From positions 110,606 through 174,605 of the forward strand of contig JBGPQV010000001.1 in the NCBI GenBank assembly GCA_041489255.1: a DNA stretch of 64,000 bases, given 5' to 3'. How positions within the stretch are numbered: the first letter of the stretch is position 1; the number at the start of each line of letters is the position of its first letter. The notes beneath the pieces were generated by a model, which was not told where the DNA came from, made no database searches, and worked only from the letters and a program-made list of their open reading frames with translations. Below are positions 55,463 through 64,000 of this stretch, one piece after another. A program made the translations under genes and the position numbers. Source of the stretch: Thermoplasmata archaeon. GTDB lineage: Archaea > Thermoplasmatota > Thermoplasmata > RBG-16-68-12 > JAFNFQ01.

Positions 55463-56529
55463 TCACTGCGCCAGCCGTCCCGGTCACAGACGCCTCCAGG
55501 ATCCTCACTATCCAAGATTTAGTCAAGCATTTCGAGTTGAAACAGTCGTTCTTCGCTATGTCGGGCCCGCCGCTGACGGTGACGGCGGTCGATGGCGTCT
55601 CGTTCAGCATCAGGTCAGGCGAGATACTTGGCCTGGTGGGCGAGTCCGGATGCGGCAAGACGACGGTAGGTCGCCTCATCGCGCGATTGGAGAACCCAAC
55701 CGCGGGCCGGATCGACTTCCTCGGCGTCGACATCGCGACAATCAGAGGCAGCGATCTTGTCGCTTTCAGGAAGTACATTCAGATGATCTTCCAAGACCCC
55801 TACGAATCGCTGAACCCCAGATTCAGCGTTTTCCGCGCGGTCGTCGAACCCTTGAGAATCCTAGGCATCGGCGACACGAAAGAACAGCGCCTCGAGCTCG
55901 TGATCAAGGCGCTGGAGGATGCAGGCCTGAAGCCTGCCGAGGAATTAATCGGACGTTTTCCCCATGAACTGAGCGGCGGGCAAAGACAACGAGTCGCCAT
56001 AGCCCGCGCGCTCGTGGTGGGCCCCAAGTTCATTGTGGCTGACGAACCCGTGAGCATGCTCGACGTCTCGATCCGAGCGGGTGTCATGAACCAGATGCTC
56101 GAGCTCCGGGACAAGTACGACATACCTTTCCTCTTCATCACTCACGACATATCAGTGGCGAGGTATATGTCAGACACAATCGGCGTCATGTATCTCGGGA
56201 AAATCGTGGAAACGGGGCCGACGGAGCAGATTATCAACCAGCCAACCCACCCGTACACGAGGGCCCTCCTCGCTGCGGTCCCGGTGCCAGATCCGGAGCA
56301 CGCGTATCCGCCCGTGCCGATAAGCGGAGAACTGCCGAGCCCGATCAATGTTCCGAAGGGCTGCAGGTTCCACACGAGGTGCGTCTACGCTACTCAGTTG
56401 TGCAGGGAGGTGGACCCCGCGTCCACCGAGGTCAGTCCGGGCCATGCAGCCCTATGCCACTTCGCCTACGACTTCTTCTCCATGGGGCCTTACACCCCGC
56501 CGGCTCCATTGCCGCCCAAGGAGGGATAG
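55459..56529 (+). CDS. ABC transporter ATP-binding protein (OppF-like)
   Basis: [17 protein letters not shown] and [12 protein letters not shown] motifs. GTG at 55459 overlaps the upstream TGA (GTGA). Track ORF starts at 55408. Confidence 0.8.
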   Translation: MITAPAVPVTDASRILTIQDLVKHFELKQSFFAMSGPPLTVTAVDGVSFSIRSGEILGLVGESGCGKTTVGRLIARLENPTAGRIDFLGVDIATIRGSDLVAFRKYIQMIFQDPYESLNPRFSVFRAVVEPLRILGIGDTKEQRLELVIKALEDAGLKPAEELIGRFPHELSGGQRQRVAIARALVVGPKFIVADEPVSMLDVSIRAGVMNQMLELRDKYDIPFLFITHDISVARYMSDTIGVMYLGKIVETGPTEQIINQPTHPYTRALLAAVPVPDPEHAYPPVPISGELPSPINVPKGCRFHTRCVYATQLCREVDPASTEVSPGHAALCHFAYDFFSMGPYTPPAPLPPKEG

Positions 56530-56534
56530 GGCCC

Positions 56535-57200
56535 TTGCGGGTCAACCCGAAGAGGTTGAAGATAATCCGCATCACCGCTTGGGCATCGCTTCTCGCTTTG
56601 ACATTCTCTTTCGCGGGCCTCTCCCTGCTGAGTGCCGCAAACTACACCGACGTCGCGTTTGCAAAGCTGTCCGTCGAGATTGGCGCGGACCTCGTCATTG
56701 AGGCCTCGGCTCTTGGAACCTCCGGGGAAGTCCTCGACGGAACGGTGTTCTGGTACAATGCCACGATAAACGTGTCGAATCCAAGCCAGAGGACCGTGAA
56801 GCTCCAGTATATCAAATACCAGGGATGGATCGAGGACTACATCACGGAGGACCATTTCGGCGGGACTTTCACGAGCTATTACCCCATGCTCACCGCGAAC
56901 CAGAGCTATCCGGCGAACTCCGGGATCATTGCTCCCCAAAGCGCGGAAACATACCAAATGAACTGGACGCTCAGCCATCCGCAGCAGCTGGTCTACTTCG
57001 AGGGAACGCAGCAAATCTTAAACTACGTGCTCCTGAACTCGAGCCGCCATCTGCGCTGGGACCAGGCATCATGGAACCATTTCTTCGTGTTCCGACTCAC
57101 GGTGACGAATGTGCCAACAGACTACTACGGACCCAATTCTGACTATCTGTCCCAACTCCCGGTGATAACGAAGACGCAGGGGGTCAGCCATGGCAGCTAG
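56535..57200 (+). CDS. secreted/anchored hypothetical protein
   Basis: TTG at 56535 gives MRVNPKRLKIIRITAWASLLALTFSFAGLSLLSA signal/anchor. N-glycosylation sequons. Track ORF 56379..57200 overlaps oppF out of frame. Confidence 0.45.
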   Translation: MRVNPKRLKIIRITAWASLLALTFSFAGLSLLSAANYTDVAFAKLSVEIGADLVIEASALGTSGEVLDGTVFWYNATINVSNPSQRTVKLQYIKYQGWIEDYITEDHFGGTFTSYYPMLTANQSYPANSGIIAPQSAETYQMNWTLSHPQQLVYFEGTQQILNYVLLNSSRHLRWDQASWNHFFVFRLTVTNVPTDYYGPNSDYLSQLPVITKTQGVSHGS

Positions 57201-57215
57201 GCTGGAGGGGGGGTA

Positions 57216-57698
57216 GTGTTCAAGCTCTCCAGGGCCCTGTTGAAGCGGATCGCGAGGATCATCGTCCTTTCCCTCTGCATCGGGACGGTGGTCGGCTACC
57301 TGTCGTTCTACATGATGATGCCGAGCGTGTCAGTGCCCCAGACAAACAGCCCGTCGCTGGCGGTGGCTGGCCTTTTCCTCCTCGTGGTCGGTGTCCTTGC
57401 AGGGGCTTTATCGGAAGATCTTGAGTCGATGACTATCGAGGCGCTCTCAGGGATAGGGATAGGCGTCGTGCTCGGCTGGCTTCTCTTCATCTCGCCATCC
57501 GCCAACCCGGACATTATGATACCGAATGCCGGGGGATACATCATCAACGTCATCCATGCCGCACTGCCCCTGATAATCCTGGCGGTCTTGACCCTCTTCA
57601 TTGGAGGTTTCATCGGAGGAATGATCATGGAAAGCATGCAGGCGAAAGGCGCATCCTCCGTGTTCGATAGAATGAATGCGGGGAAGAAAGCCGAGTAG
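57216..57698 (+). CDS. hypothetical membrane protein (4 TM)
   Basis: 160 aa, hydrophobic helices, GTG start. Confidence 0.45.
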   Translation: MFKLSRALLKRIARIIVLSLCIGTVVGYLSFYMMMPSVSVPQTNSPSLAVAGLFLLVVGVLAGALSEDLESMTIEALSGIGIGVVLGWLLFISPSANPDIMIPNAGGYIINVIHAALPLIILAVLTLFIGGFIGGMIMESMQAKGASSVFDRMNAGKKAE

Positions 57699-57735
57699 CA
57701 TAAGCAATAAATGTCGATGCATCTGTGCTCTTTCC

Positions 57736-58257
57736 GTGTTGGTCGCGATAACCGGGACGCCGGGCACCGGAAAGAGTTCAGTTTCCAGGGAGCTAGCCCG
57801 CCGCGGCTTCACCGTCGTCGACGCCGCGCGACTGGCGTTTGAAAAGGGGTTTGCGGTGCGTCCGAAAAGGACAGGAGCTCCCGCCATCGTGGATATCGCG
57901 AGATTGAGGAAAGTGCAATTGCCCAAGGGCGATCTCGTCTTCATCTCCTCTCACTTCTCGCATCTCCTTAAATCGGATATCGCGATAGTCCTGCGCTGTT
58001 CCCCAAGTATCCTGAAGGCCAGGCTGGAAGGCAGGAAATGGCGGAAGGAGAAAGTGATGGAGAATGTCGAGGCAGAGGCGATCGACCTGATTACCGTGGA
58101 AGCGATCCAGCGCTGCAAGAAGGTCTTCGAGGTCGATACGACCTCCATTGACGCAAAGGAGGCCTCGCGCCAAATCCTTGAAATAGTGAAAGGGTCGGTG
58201 AAGGGCCACGAACCCGGGCATATAGACTGGAGCGAGGAGATCCTTTCATGGTACTAG
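57736..58257 (+). CDS. Fap7/adenylate-kinase-6-like putative kinase
   Basis: GTG at 57736 gives (M)LVAITGTPGTGKSS, the canonical Fap7 P-loop start. ~174 aa. Confidence 0.65.
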   Translation: MLVAITGTPGTGKSSVSRELARRGFTVVDAARLAFEKGFAVRPKRTGAPAIVDIARLRKVQLPKGDLVFISSHFSHLLKSDIAIVLRCSPSILKARLEGRKWRKEKVMENVEAEAIDLITVEAIQRCKKVFEVDTTSIDAKEASRQILEIVKGSVKGHEPGHIDWSEEILSWY

Positions 58258-58868
58258 ACGCTCATCGGGGCCTGGCGGATCGCTATCTCCTGCCGATGGC
58301 CAACAGGATGATCGACGTCGATCCGAACATGCTCACGTGGATGGCGTTCGGATTCGCGGTGTTGGCGGGGGTGGCCTTCTATGCCGGCGGTGCTTTGTTC
58401 CTGCTGGCCGCGATGTTCTGCGTGTTTTTCAACGCGCTGTTCGATGCGCTTGACGGCAGGATCGCCAAGCTGACCGGGAAAGCCTCCAGTCGCGGGGACT
58501 TCCTCGACCATGTCCTCGACCGCTATGCTGATATATTCATTCTCGGCGGGATCGCGTTCGGTCCTTATTGCAGCCCCCCCATCGGCATTATGGCGGTGCT
58601 CGGCGTGCTCCTCGCAAGCTATATGGGCACCCAGGCGCAGGCGGTCGGGGTCGGGCGGGACTACGGTGGTCTGCTGGGTCGGGCGGATCGCCTTGTGATC
58701 ATCTTCTTCGCGGCCTTCCTCCAGTTGATAGTGATTCTCGGCAACTTCAATCTCGGCAACTCCAATCTGCGGATCATCGAGTGGGCCATGATAGTATTCG
58801 CAGTGTTTGGGAACCTCACCGCCATCCAGCGGGGAGTCGCAACCTGGAGGAAGCTCTCGCGCACCTAG
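58248..58868 (+). CDS. CDP-alcohol phosphatidyltransferase family enzyme
   Basis: DALDGRIAKLTG...GDFLDHVLDRYAD motif. Multi-TM. 10-nt overlap with the upstream gene. Confidence 0.75.
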   Translation: MVLDAHRGLADRYLLPMANRMIDVDPNMLTWMAFGFAVLAGVAFYAGGALFLLAAMFCVFFNALFDALDGRIAKLTGKASSRGDFLDHVLDRYADIFILGGIAFGPYCSPPIGIMAVLGVLLASYMGTQAQAVGVGRDYGGLLGRADRLVIIFFAAFLQLIVILGNFNLGNSNLRIIEWAMIVFAVFGNLTAIQRGVATWRKLSRT

Positions 58869-58878
58869 GGAAGCACGA

Positions 58879-59934
58879 CTACTTCGCAGCCTTCCTTGGC
58901 GGGGAACCGGTGCCTTTCTGGCCTTCCATCCTAGCCTTGAGCCTGTAGTAGCTCAGTGGATGTCTGATTCTGAGGCATGTCTCGTCGGGGCCGGGGCACA
59001 GGCCATACGACTTCATCGTCGCGCATTCAGGCGGGGTGTACTCGGTGGAGCTGATCTTCCCGGTTATATGCTCGATCTGGTAGCCAGTCTTACGCTCGTC
59101 GAAGTCTGGGACCGTCGCGAACACGTTGAAGATCTCCTCGTTGGACATCCCCAAGTTGTGGAGGAAGGACACTATCGCGAACCGCCCGGTGTGGGGAACA
59201 TTCTCACCGGCCTGCACCATTGCGAGCAGCTGGTACATGCATGGCGGGAATCTGGTGATTCTAACCTTGCCGAGGTCCTCCGCCTTGAATCTGGCCTTCT
59301 TCTCTGCAACAATCCCCCGTATCTCTTCCAACTGACCCTGGAAGCCTCTGAGGATTAGATCGTTCACGACCATCTCTTCGAGCTCCTTCTCGATCTTCTT
59401 TTGGATGGCATTCTGGAGGACGCGTATCGCCTTCTGCTTGGTGAGGATGACGTAGCCGCCATCGACAATCTGGTTGATCAGCTTCCATGTCTTGCTCCTC
59501 ATCTGGTTCGTGTACCGCAGGAAATCGCTGAAGTGGATCCTTGCCGAGCCGTTCTCCCGACTAAGGTCGACCTCCAATTCCTTCGCGACCGCCTCGATGA
59601 AAACGATCTCCTCGACCTGTAGCCGGCTGTTCGCCGCCACCGCCTCCGAGAGAGCGTAGCGGCGGGTGAGGTAAGGATCCTGGACTGAAGCGACCAGCAT
59701 CCGGGCGACCGGATAGGACAGGAGCTCCAGCAGAGCCTCGTACTCGCTGGCGAAAGGCGCCTCCGGCACCTCGCCCTTTTCCAGGGCGGCGAGCACCCTC
59801 CTCTTGCCCATGAGCCTCGCTCGTTCCAGCGCGATGTCGCCGACCAGATCCTCCAGGCTGATATCCTTGCTTCTGATTAGCTGGCCGCTCTCCCTGAAGA
59901 AAGGATATCGAGCGAGTGTCCTGACATCCATCAC
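58879..59934 (-). CDS. priL: DNA primase large subunit
   Basis: 351 aa. C-terminal Fe-S domain with FPPCMY, ...ECATMKSYGLCPGPDETCLRIRHP cysteines. Confidence 0.8.
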   Translation of the reverse strand: MMDVRTLARYPFFRESGQLIRSKDISLEDLVGDIALERARLMGKRRVLAALEKGEVPEAPFASEYEALLELLSYPVARMLVASVQDPYLTRRYALSEAVAANSRLQVEEIVFIEAVAKELEVDLSRENGSARIHFSDFLRYTNQMRSKTWKLINQIVDGGYVILTKQKAIRVLQNAIQKKIEKELEEMVVNDLILRGFQGQLEEIRGIVAEKKARFKAEDLGKVRITRFPPCMYQLLAMVQAGENVPHTGRFAIVSFLHNLGMSNEEIFNVFATVPDFDERKTGYQIEHITGKISSTEYTPPECATMKSYGLCPGPDETCLRIRHPLSYYRLKARMEGQKGTGSPPRKAAK

Positions 59935-59992
59935 TCTTTGAGAAGACGGCGGAGCTAAAAAGGCTGGTGCGGGGATGAACGAATGTGCTTCG

Positions 59993-60547
59993 CTACTTCA
60001 TTTCTGGCCGATCGTACTTCGGGTGCTCCTCCGTCAAGCCCGTGGACTTCTTGACGTTCAATGCCAACACATATAGGAGCGTGGAAACGCGGTTGAGGTA
60101 CTCCAGGACGTGTTTGCTTAATTCCTGGTGTCGGGAGAGTGCGACCGCCGCCCTCTCTGCCCGGCGGGCAATGGCCCTGGCGAGCTGAAGGCATGCGACC
60201 TGCATCGACCCGCCAGGCAGGACGAACTCGCTCGCCGCTCCCGGACTCAACTTCTCGATATCTCGCTCGAGAGCTTTGACATGCCCCTCTGTCACCTTCG
60301 GCAGCTTCAGCTCTTTGCCAGGCGCGACGGAAAGATCGGCCCCGACCGTGAACAAATCGTTCTGCACCCGATGAAGGGCTGCGGTGATGTCTCTATCCTC
60401 TATCACCGCCATCGCGAGTCCGATTGCGGCGTTGAGTTCATCGACTTCGCCGAGAGCCGCGATCCTCAGATCGTCTTTGGGGACCCGCATCCCGCCCATG
60501 AGATCGGTCTCCCCCATGTCTCCTCGGCGCGTATATATCTTGGCCAT
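59993..60547 (-). CDS. ATP:cob(I)alamin adenosyltransferase, PduO/MMAB type
   Basis: MAKIYTRRGDMGETDL...RVQNDLFTVGADL family pattern. 184 aa. Confidence 0.8.
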   Translation of the reverse strand: MAKIYTRRGDMGETDLMGGMRVPKDDLRIAALGEVDELNAAIGLAMAVIEDRDITAALHRVQNDLFTVGADLSVAPGKELKLPKVTEGHVKALERDIEKLSPGAASEFVLPGGSMQVACLQLARAIARRAERAAVALSRHQELSKHVLEYLNRVSTLLYVLALNVKKSTGLTEEHPKYDRPEMK

Positions 60548-60589
60548 AGGTCCGGCGGGTTCATCGTCTACGGATTCATTAGGGTTTCT

Positions 60590-61345
60590 CTACCTCATGC
60601 GCTTGAAAGCCAAAGTCCCCACCACGATCATCACGACCGCAAATCCTATGATGACCGCGAAATCGAGTGGAAGCGGAATTGCCGAAGCCGTTCCGAGCTG
60701 GATCGACCGCAGCGCGTCGACCGCATAGGTCAGCGGGTCGAAGTAAGATACCGTCGTCAGCCAGGCCGGCACTTTGTCGCCACTGAGCGGATAAAGGGCG
60801 CCGGACAGGAAGAAAAGCGGGAAGACGAGGAAGCTGATTATCACCTGGAACCCCTCCAAGCTCTCAAAGAAAGAGCCGATTGTCAGACCGACCGAAACCA
60901 TCCCAATGGCCACCAGCAAGGCTATGCCCAGTGCTGCAACGACCGTTACCGCGGACATTGGCGCGAAGAAGACGCCGATGACCAAGAAAACGCAAACCTG
61001 CAGGATGACATCGGTGCAGCCGCCGAGAACCTTGCCGAAGAAGATGGCCGTCCTCGGCACGGGCGAGACCAGCACCTCCTTGAGCACGTCTATCTTCCTG
61101 TCCCAGACTATGTAGAGGCCGAAGAAGACCGAGGAGAACAAGGCGAGCATCATCACGATTCCGGGGAACATGAACGCCTGATAGCTGAAGCCCTCAGGAC
61201 TGAACGAGCCGCCAAGACCGCCCCCGACGATGACCATCCACATGAGCGGCGTGACTATGCTCGATATCACTCTGGATTTCTCTCTCTGGAAGACTTTGAA
61301 CTCCCTCAGCCAGATCCCGTAGATGCCCCCGAGAACCCCTGGCAT
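60590..61345 (-). CDS. ABC-2 type exporter permease
   Basis: 251 aa, 6 TM, ABC-2 topology. Start abuts the upstream ATPase stop. Confidence 0.75.
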   Translation of the reverse strand: MPGVLGGIYGIWLREFKVFQREKSRVISSIVTPLMWMVIVGGGLGGSFSPEGFSYQAFMFPGIVMMLALFSSVFFGLYIVWDRKIDVLKEVLVSPVPRTAIFFGKVLGGCTDVILQVCVFLVIGVFFAPMSAVTVVAALGIALLVAIGMVSVGLTIGSFFESLEGFQVIISFLVFPLFFLSGALYPLSGDKVPAWLTTVSYFDPLTYAVDALRSIQLGTASAIPLPLDFAVIIGFAVVMIVVGTLAFKRMR

Positions 61346-61346
61346 C

Positions 61347-62318
61347 TTATCTCCCCCCTGCTTGATGCCGCCAGGCGGCCTCCGCCCAACCTTCGTCGGT
61401 ATCCTCCTCTCTGATTGCCCGCCCCGTGTATTTCAGAAATACGTCGTTGAGCGTCGGCGTTCTGACCTCCACGGCTTCCACATTCTTGAACAGCGAGAGT
61501 ATCTCCTTCAGATGCACTGCCGCGTTTTCGACAGTCAGGCCGACCTGCCCGTCCTTCACCTCGACATTCTTGACATAGGAGAGTCCTTCCAGCACCTTGA
61601 GGTCTGGATCCTTGATTTTCAGGCACACTAGATCCCCGCCAAGGCGGCGCTCAAGGTTGTCCGGTGTGTCGAGGGCGATGACCTTTCCGTGATCGATTAT
61701 GCCGATGCGGTCGCAGACGTTGTCGGCTTCATCCATATAATGGGTCGTGAGGACTATCGTGGTCTGCTCCTGCTGCGCCATCGCCTTGATGTACCGCCAC
61801 GTTAGCTCCCTCGTCTGAGGGTCGAGCCCCAGGGTCGGCTCGTCGAGGAACAGCACGGCGGGGCGATGGAGCAGACCCCTCGCCAGCTCGAGCCGCCTCC
61901 TCATCCCTCCGGAATAGTGCTTGACAATGTTGTCCGCCCTGTCCTCAAGATCCATGAGGGCTAGGAGTTCGGCAATCCGCTTCTTCCAGACCACTTTGGG
62001 GACGTTGTAGAGGCGCGCGTGCAGCTCGAGGTTCTCGCGGCCCGTCAGAATCGTGTCCAGGCTCGGGTCCTGGAAGACTATCCCCACAGATTGCCTGACC
62101 TTCGCGGGCTGAGCGCGTATGTCGAAACCGTTGACCTTGGCAGTACCCGAGGTTGGCGGGAGCAGGGTGACGAGCATGTTTATCGTCGTGGTCTTGCCAG
62201 CGCCGTTCGGTCCAAGCAGCCCGAAAATCTCTCCTCGCTCCACGTTGAAGCTCACGGAATCGACTGCCGTCAGGTCTCCGAACTTCCTGCTCAATCTGTC
62301 GGTCTCAATCATTGCCAT
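61347..62318 (-). CDS. ABC transporter ATP-binding protein (DrrA-like)
   Basis: GPNGAGKTT, YSGGMRRRLELA and LFLDEPTLGLD motifs. 323 aa. Confidence 0.85.
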   Translation of the reverse strand: MAMIETDRLSRKFGDLTAVDSVSFNVERGEIFGLLGPNGAGKTTTINMLVTLLPPTSGTAKVNGFDIRAQPAKVRQSVGIVFQDPSLDTILTGRENLELHARLYNVPKVVWKKRIAELLALMDLEDRADNIVKHYSGGMRRRLELARGLLHRPAVLFLDEPTLGLDPQTRELTWRYIKAMAQQEQTTIVLTTHYMDEADNVCDRIGIIDHGKVIALDTPDNLERRLGGDLVCLKIKDPDLKVLEGLSYVKNVEVKDGQVGLTVENAAVHLKEILSLFKNVEAVEVRTPTLNDVFLKYTGRAIREEDTDEGWAEAAWRHQAGGR

Positions 62319-62590
62319 GGTTCGGCCTCTTGACTGGTCACGTGAGTCGGGAGACTCAGCGGGACGTGCCTATCCTTTCCAGCAGACCTGCGTAGGTCTA
62401 AAGGTTGTTCTTTTCGAGTTTGAGAATGGGTTGTTCCACACTTGTGCCAAAATGGGGATATAAGCACGCCTCAATCGGTCTATGGGGAAGCCGCAATCAT
62501 TTCACCAGTGATTGCAGCAGAGGAGTGGCGACTCAGGTCGTCTCTTCGCCCTGGGTGAGTGGAGCATTGGTAAAAATCGGAGCCAAGACA

Positions 62591-64000
62591 GTGCGGCAGG
62601 TCCTCTCCCGCCGCGTGACGAGTGCCATAGTTGCGACTGCAATACTTGCGAGTGCATTCACGGCACTGGCGATAACCCAGAACCAGAACGCACCGCAATC
62701 TAGCCCGCCAGGGAGCCTCCCGACGGCGATAATAGTCTCGCCTTGGGCGGTACTCGATCCCTCGACGAGCGCCAACGACAAAGATGGATTCCCGCCGACA
62801 CAATCCCAAGCGGACCCGGAGGAGGCTTTCCTTTTGGGGAAGATAACCACCACCGAGGTCATATACAGCCCATCCGCCACGGTGCTTGACTACAATTACG
62901 ACAGCGTCAATGACCTGATCGTGGACGATGATACACCGAGGAATCTGGACGCGCTTGACGGGTTGAACGATGGCCAGCTGGCTGTCGGCACCTACTATAT
63001 CTATTGGAATCTGAACAAGACCGGCTATGTCCCGGTAAACACCACGCCCGGTTCCGACTACAACGGCTCGAACTCCGCTTCGCTCTCACTCGTGAACGAC
63101 ATGGAGCAGTTCCAGCTGCAGCTGAATTTCAGCACGACCGAGGGCGGTTCAATGCAGACCATCACTTCCGACCTCTATACAATCGAGATGGGAAAGACAT
63201 CGTCCATCGGGCAGAACGACCTCGACTGGATCGACACGGAGCCCAAGGTTGTGATTGCGGAGACTGGGGATTTATTCCACGTGCGCAGCAAGTACCAGCA
63301 ATCCAGCGCACAGGGTCTGGATTGGTTCATACTCCAGTGCTATTTCAATGGAGTCAGCATCAGGATGAGATCGGTTTCCATGTATTTCTATGACAATTTC
63401 GATCCAGGCAGCATAGTCAATGGGGTTCCTCCTGGCTACAGCAAGTACTGGACTGACAAGCAGCAGTACACCGGCTCGGATCTTGGCGACACCACCAACA
63501 AGGACTTCTGGGTGACAGACTACACGTTCGAAGTGAGGGAGAAAGGTTTCAGTGAAGTCATTCCCTACATACAGACGAAGAAGGGCGGTGACACTTGGAA
63601 GGTCGACACCGGATACAGGAACTTCCAGAGCCACGTGCCTGGGGGAGTCAACCCGGCGGTCCTCGACATCTCGAAGTACTTCTCCGAGAGCTTTCCGGGC
63701 GGAGTCGTGAGCGGCCCCAACCCGCCAATTGTTGGCGAGACCACCGTCTACGAGATTAGCATCAATGTCGCCAACACGGGTGCGGACACCGCAACCAACG
63801 TTGTCGTGACTGACACGGCGCAGCTCAGCGACGTCACTTGGCTCGGCATATACACCGTCAGCCAAGGATCGCTGTCTTTCAACCCATTCACCGGCAAGAT
63901 TACGTGGAGCGTCGGGATGTTGGCACCGAATGCGAGCGCGACCCTGGACTATCAGGTGTCCGTGCTCCCAGGACCCGAGAAGGCGGGTCAGACCATCATG
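62591..64000 (+). CDS. secreted protein with C-terminal DUF11/CARDB-like domain (3' partial; continues past window)
   Basis: My own translation; not in the track. GTG at 62591 gives signal peptide MRQVLSRRVTSAIVATAILASAFTALA, after GGAG. No in-frame stop to 64000. DUF11-like segment GETTVYEISINVANTGADTATNVVVTD. Confidence 0.55.
   Translation, partial: MRQVLSRRVTSAIVATAILASAFTALAITQNQNAPQSSPPGSLPTAIIVSPWAVLDPSTSANDKDGFPPTQSQADPEEAFLLGKITTTEVIYSPSATVLDYNYDSVNDLIVDDDTPRNLDALDGLNDGQLAVGTYYIYWNLNKTGYVPVNTTPGSDYNGSNSASLSLVNDMEQFQLQLNFSTTEGGSMQTITSDLYTIEMGKTSSIGQNDLDWIDTEPKVVIAETGDLFHVRSKYQQSSAQGLDWFILQCYFNGVSIRMRSVSMYFYDNFDPGSIVNGVPPGYSKYWTDKQQYTGSDLGDTTNKDFWVTDYTFEVREKGFSEVIPYIQTKKGGDTWKVDTGYRNFQSHVPGGVNPAVLDISKYFSESFPGGVVSGPNPPIVGETTVYEISINVANTGADTATNVVVTDTAQLSDVTWLGIYTVSQGSLSFNPFTGKITWSVGMLAPNASATLDYQVSVLPGPEKAGQTIM

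Noticed and set aside
60128-61414. 428-aa + strand ORF over the pduO and ABC-2 genes
   Set aside because: Arg/His/Asp-rich nonsense translation. The sense genes are clear.
63272-63865. 197-aa minus-strand ORF
   Set aside because: Antisense to the continuous secreted-protein frame, which has a signal peptide and a DUF11-like domain.
1-64000. CRISPR arrays / rRNA genes
   Set aside because: No short direct repeats with regular spacers, and no rRNA-like conserved stretches were seen. All tandem repeats found are in-frame coding repeats.

Overview
This is a densely coded, ~60% GC archaeal chromosomal segment. The archaeal assignment rests on a TATA-box-binding protein, primase large subunit PriL, RNA polymerase subunit L, a tiny eL41 gene, TruD, deoxyhypusine synthase, a Fap7-type kinase, a CDP-alcohol phosphatidyltransferase and four intron-containing tRNAs. 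Coordinates I derived myself (tRNAs, eL41, alternative starts) may be off by 1-2 nt.

Content, start to end:
- A PhoU/AbrB regulator.
- An ACR3 arsenite-pump pseudogene with three lesions (two frameshifts and an in-frame TAG).
- A peptidase cluster (M24 peptidase, TldD, PmbA).
- A DUF835 + KaiC-like pair, followed on the other strand by a winged-helix/AAA-ATPase and a 1098-aa surface protein with at least five PKD-like repeats.
- An HDAC-family deacetylase, CBS-domain proteins, acylphosphatase and a TatD-like hydrolase.
- A 1491-aa surface protein with an internally duplicated module.
- An isoaspartyl peptidase/asparaginase.
- tRNA-Asn with a canonical intron, and tRNA-Met(CAT) with a non-canonical intron inside the T-loop.
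- An Lhr-type helicase and a radical-SAM protein with a long N-terminal extension.
- Two long proteins with Rho_N/SAP-like N-terminal motifs: an 840-aa membrane-anchored coiled coil, and a 529-aa helical-repeat protein ending in a zinc ribbon.
- RpoL and TruD, then a peroxiredoxin.
- An accessory islet at tRNA-Arg(TCT): two identical full copies plus one 5'-truncated copy interleaved with two HEAT-like paralogs, followed by lower-GC genes, a ~540-nt non-coding stretch and an IS6-like transposase remnant.
- eL41 immediately followed by tRNA-Trp carrying a ~101-nt intron with box C/D-like motifs.
- A 1417-aa surface protein with 5 x 118-aa repeats.
- An Opp/Dpp-type ABC transporter with no binding-protein gene, whose OppC-like permease carries a ~430-aa extracytoplasmic insertion.
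- PriL, a PduO-type adenosyltransferase, an ABC-2 exporter, and a secreted DUF11-like protein that runs off the window end.

No CRISPR array or rRNA was seen. Many long reverse-strand ORFs in the track are GC-driven shadow frames and were rejected.
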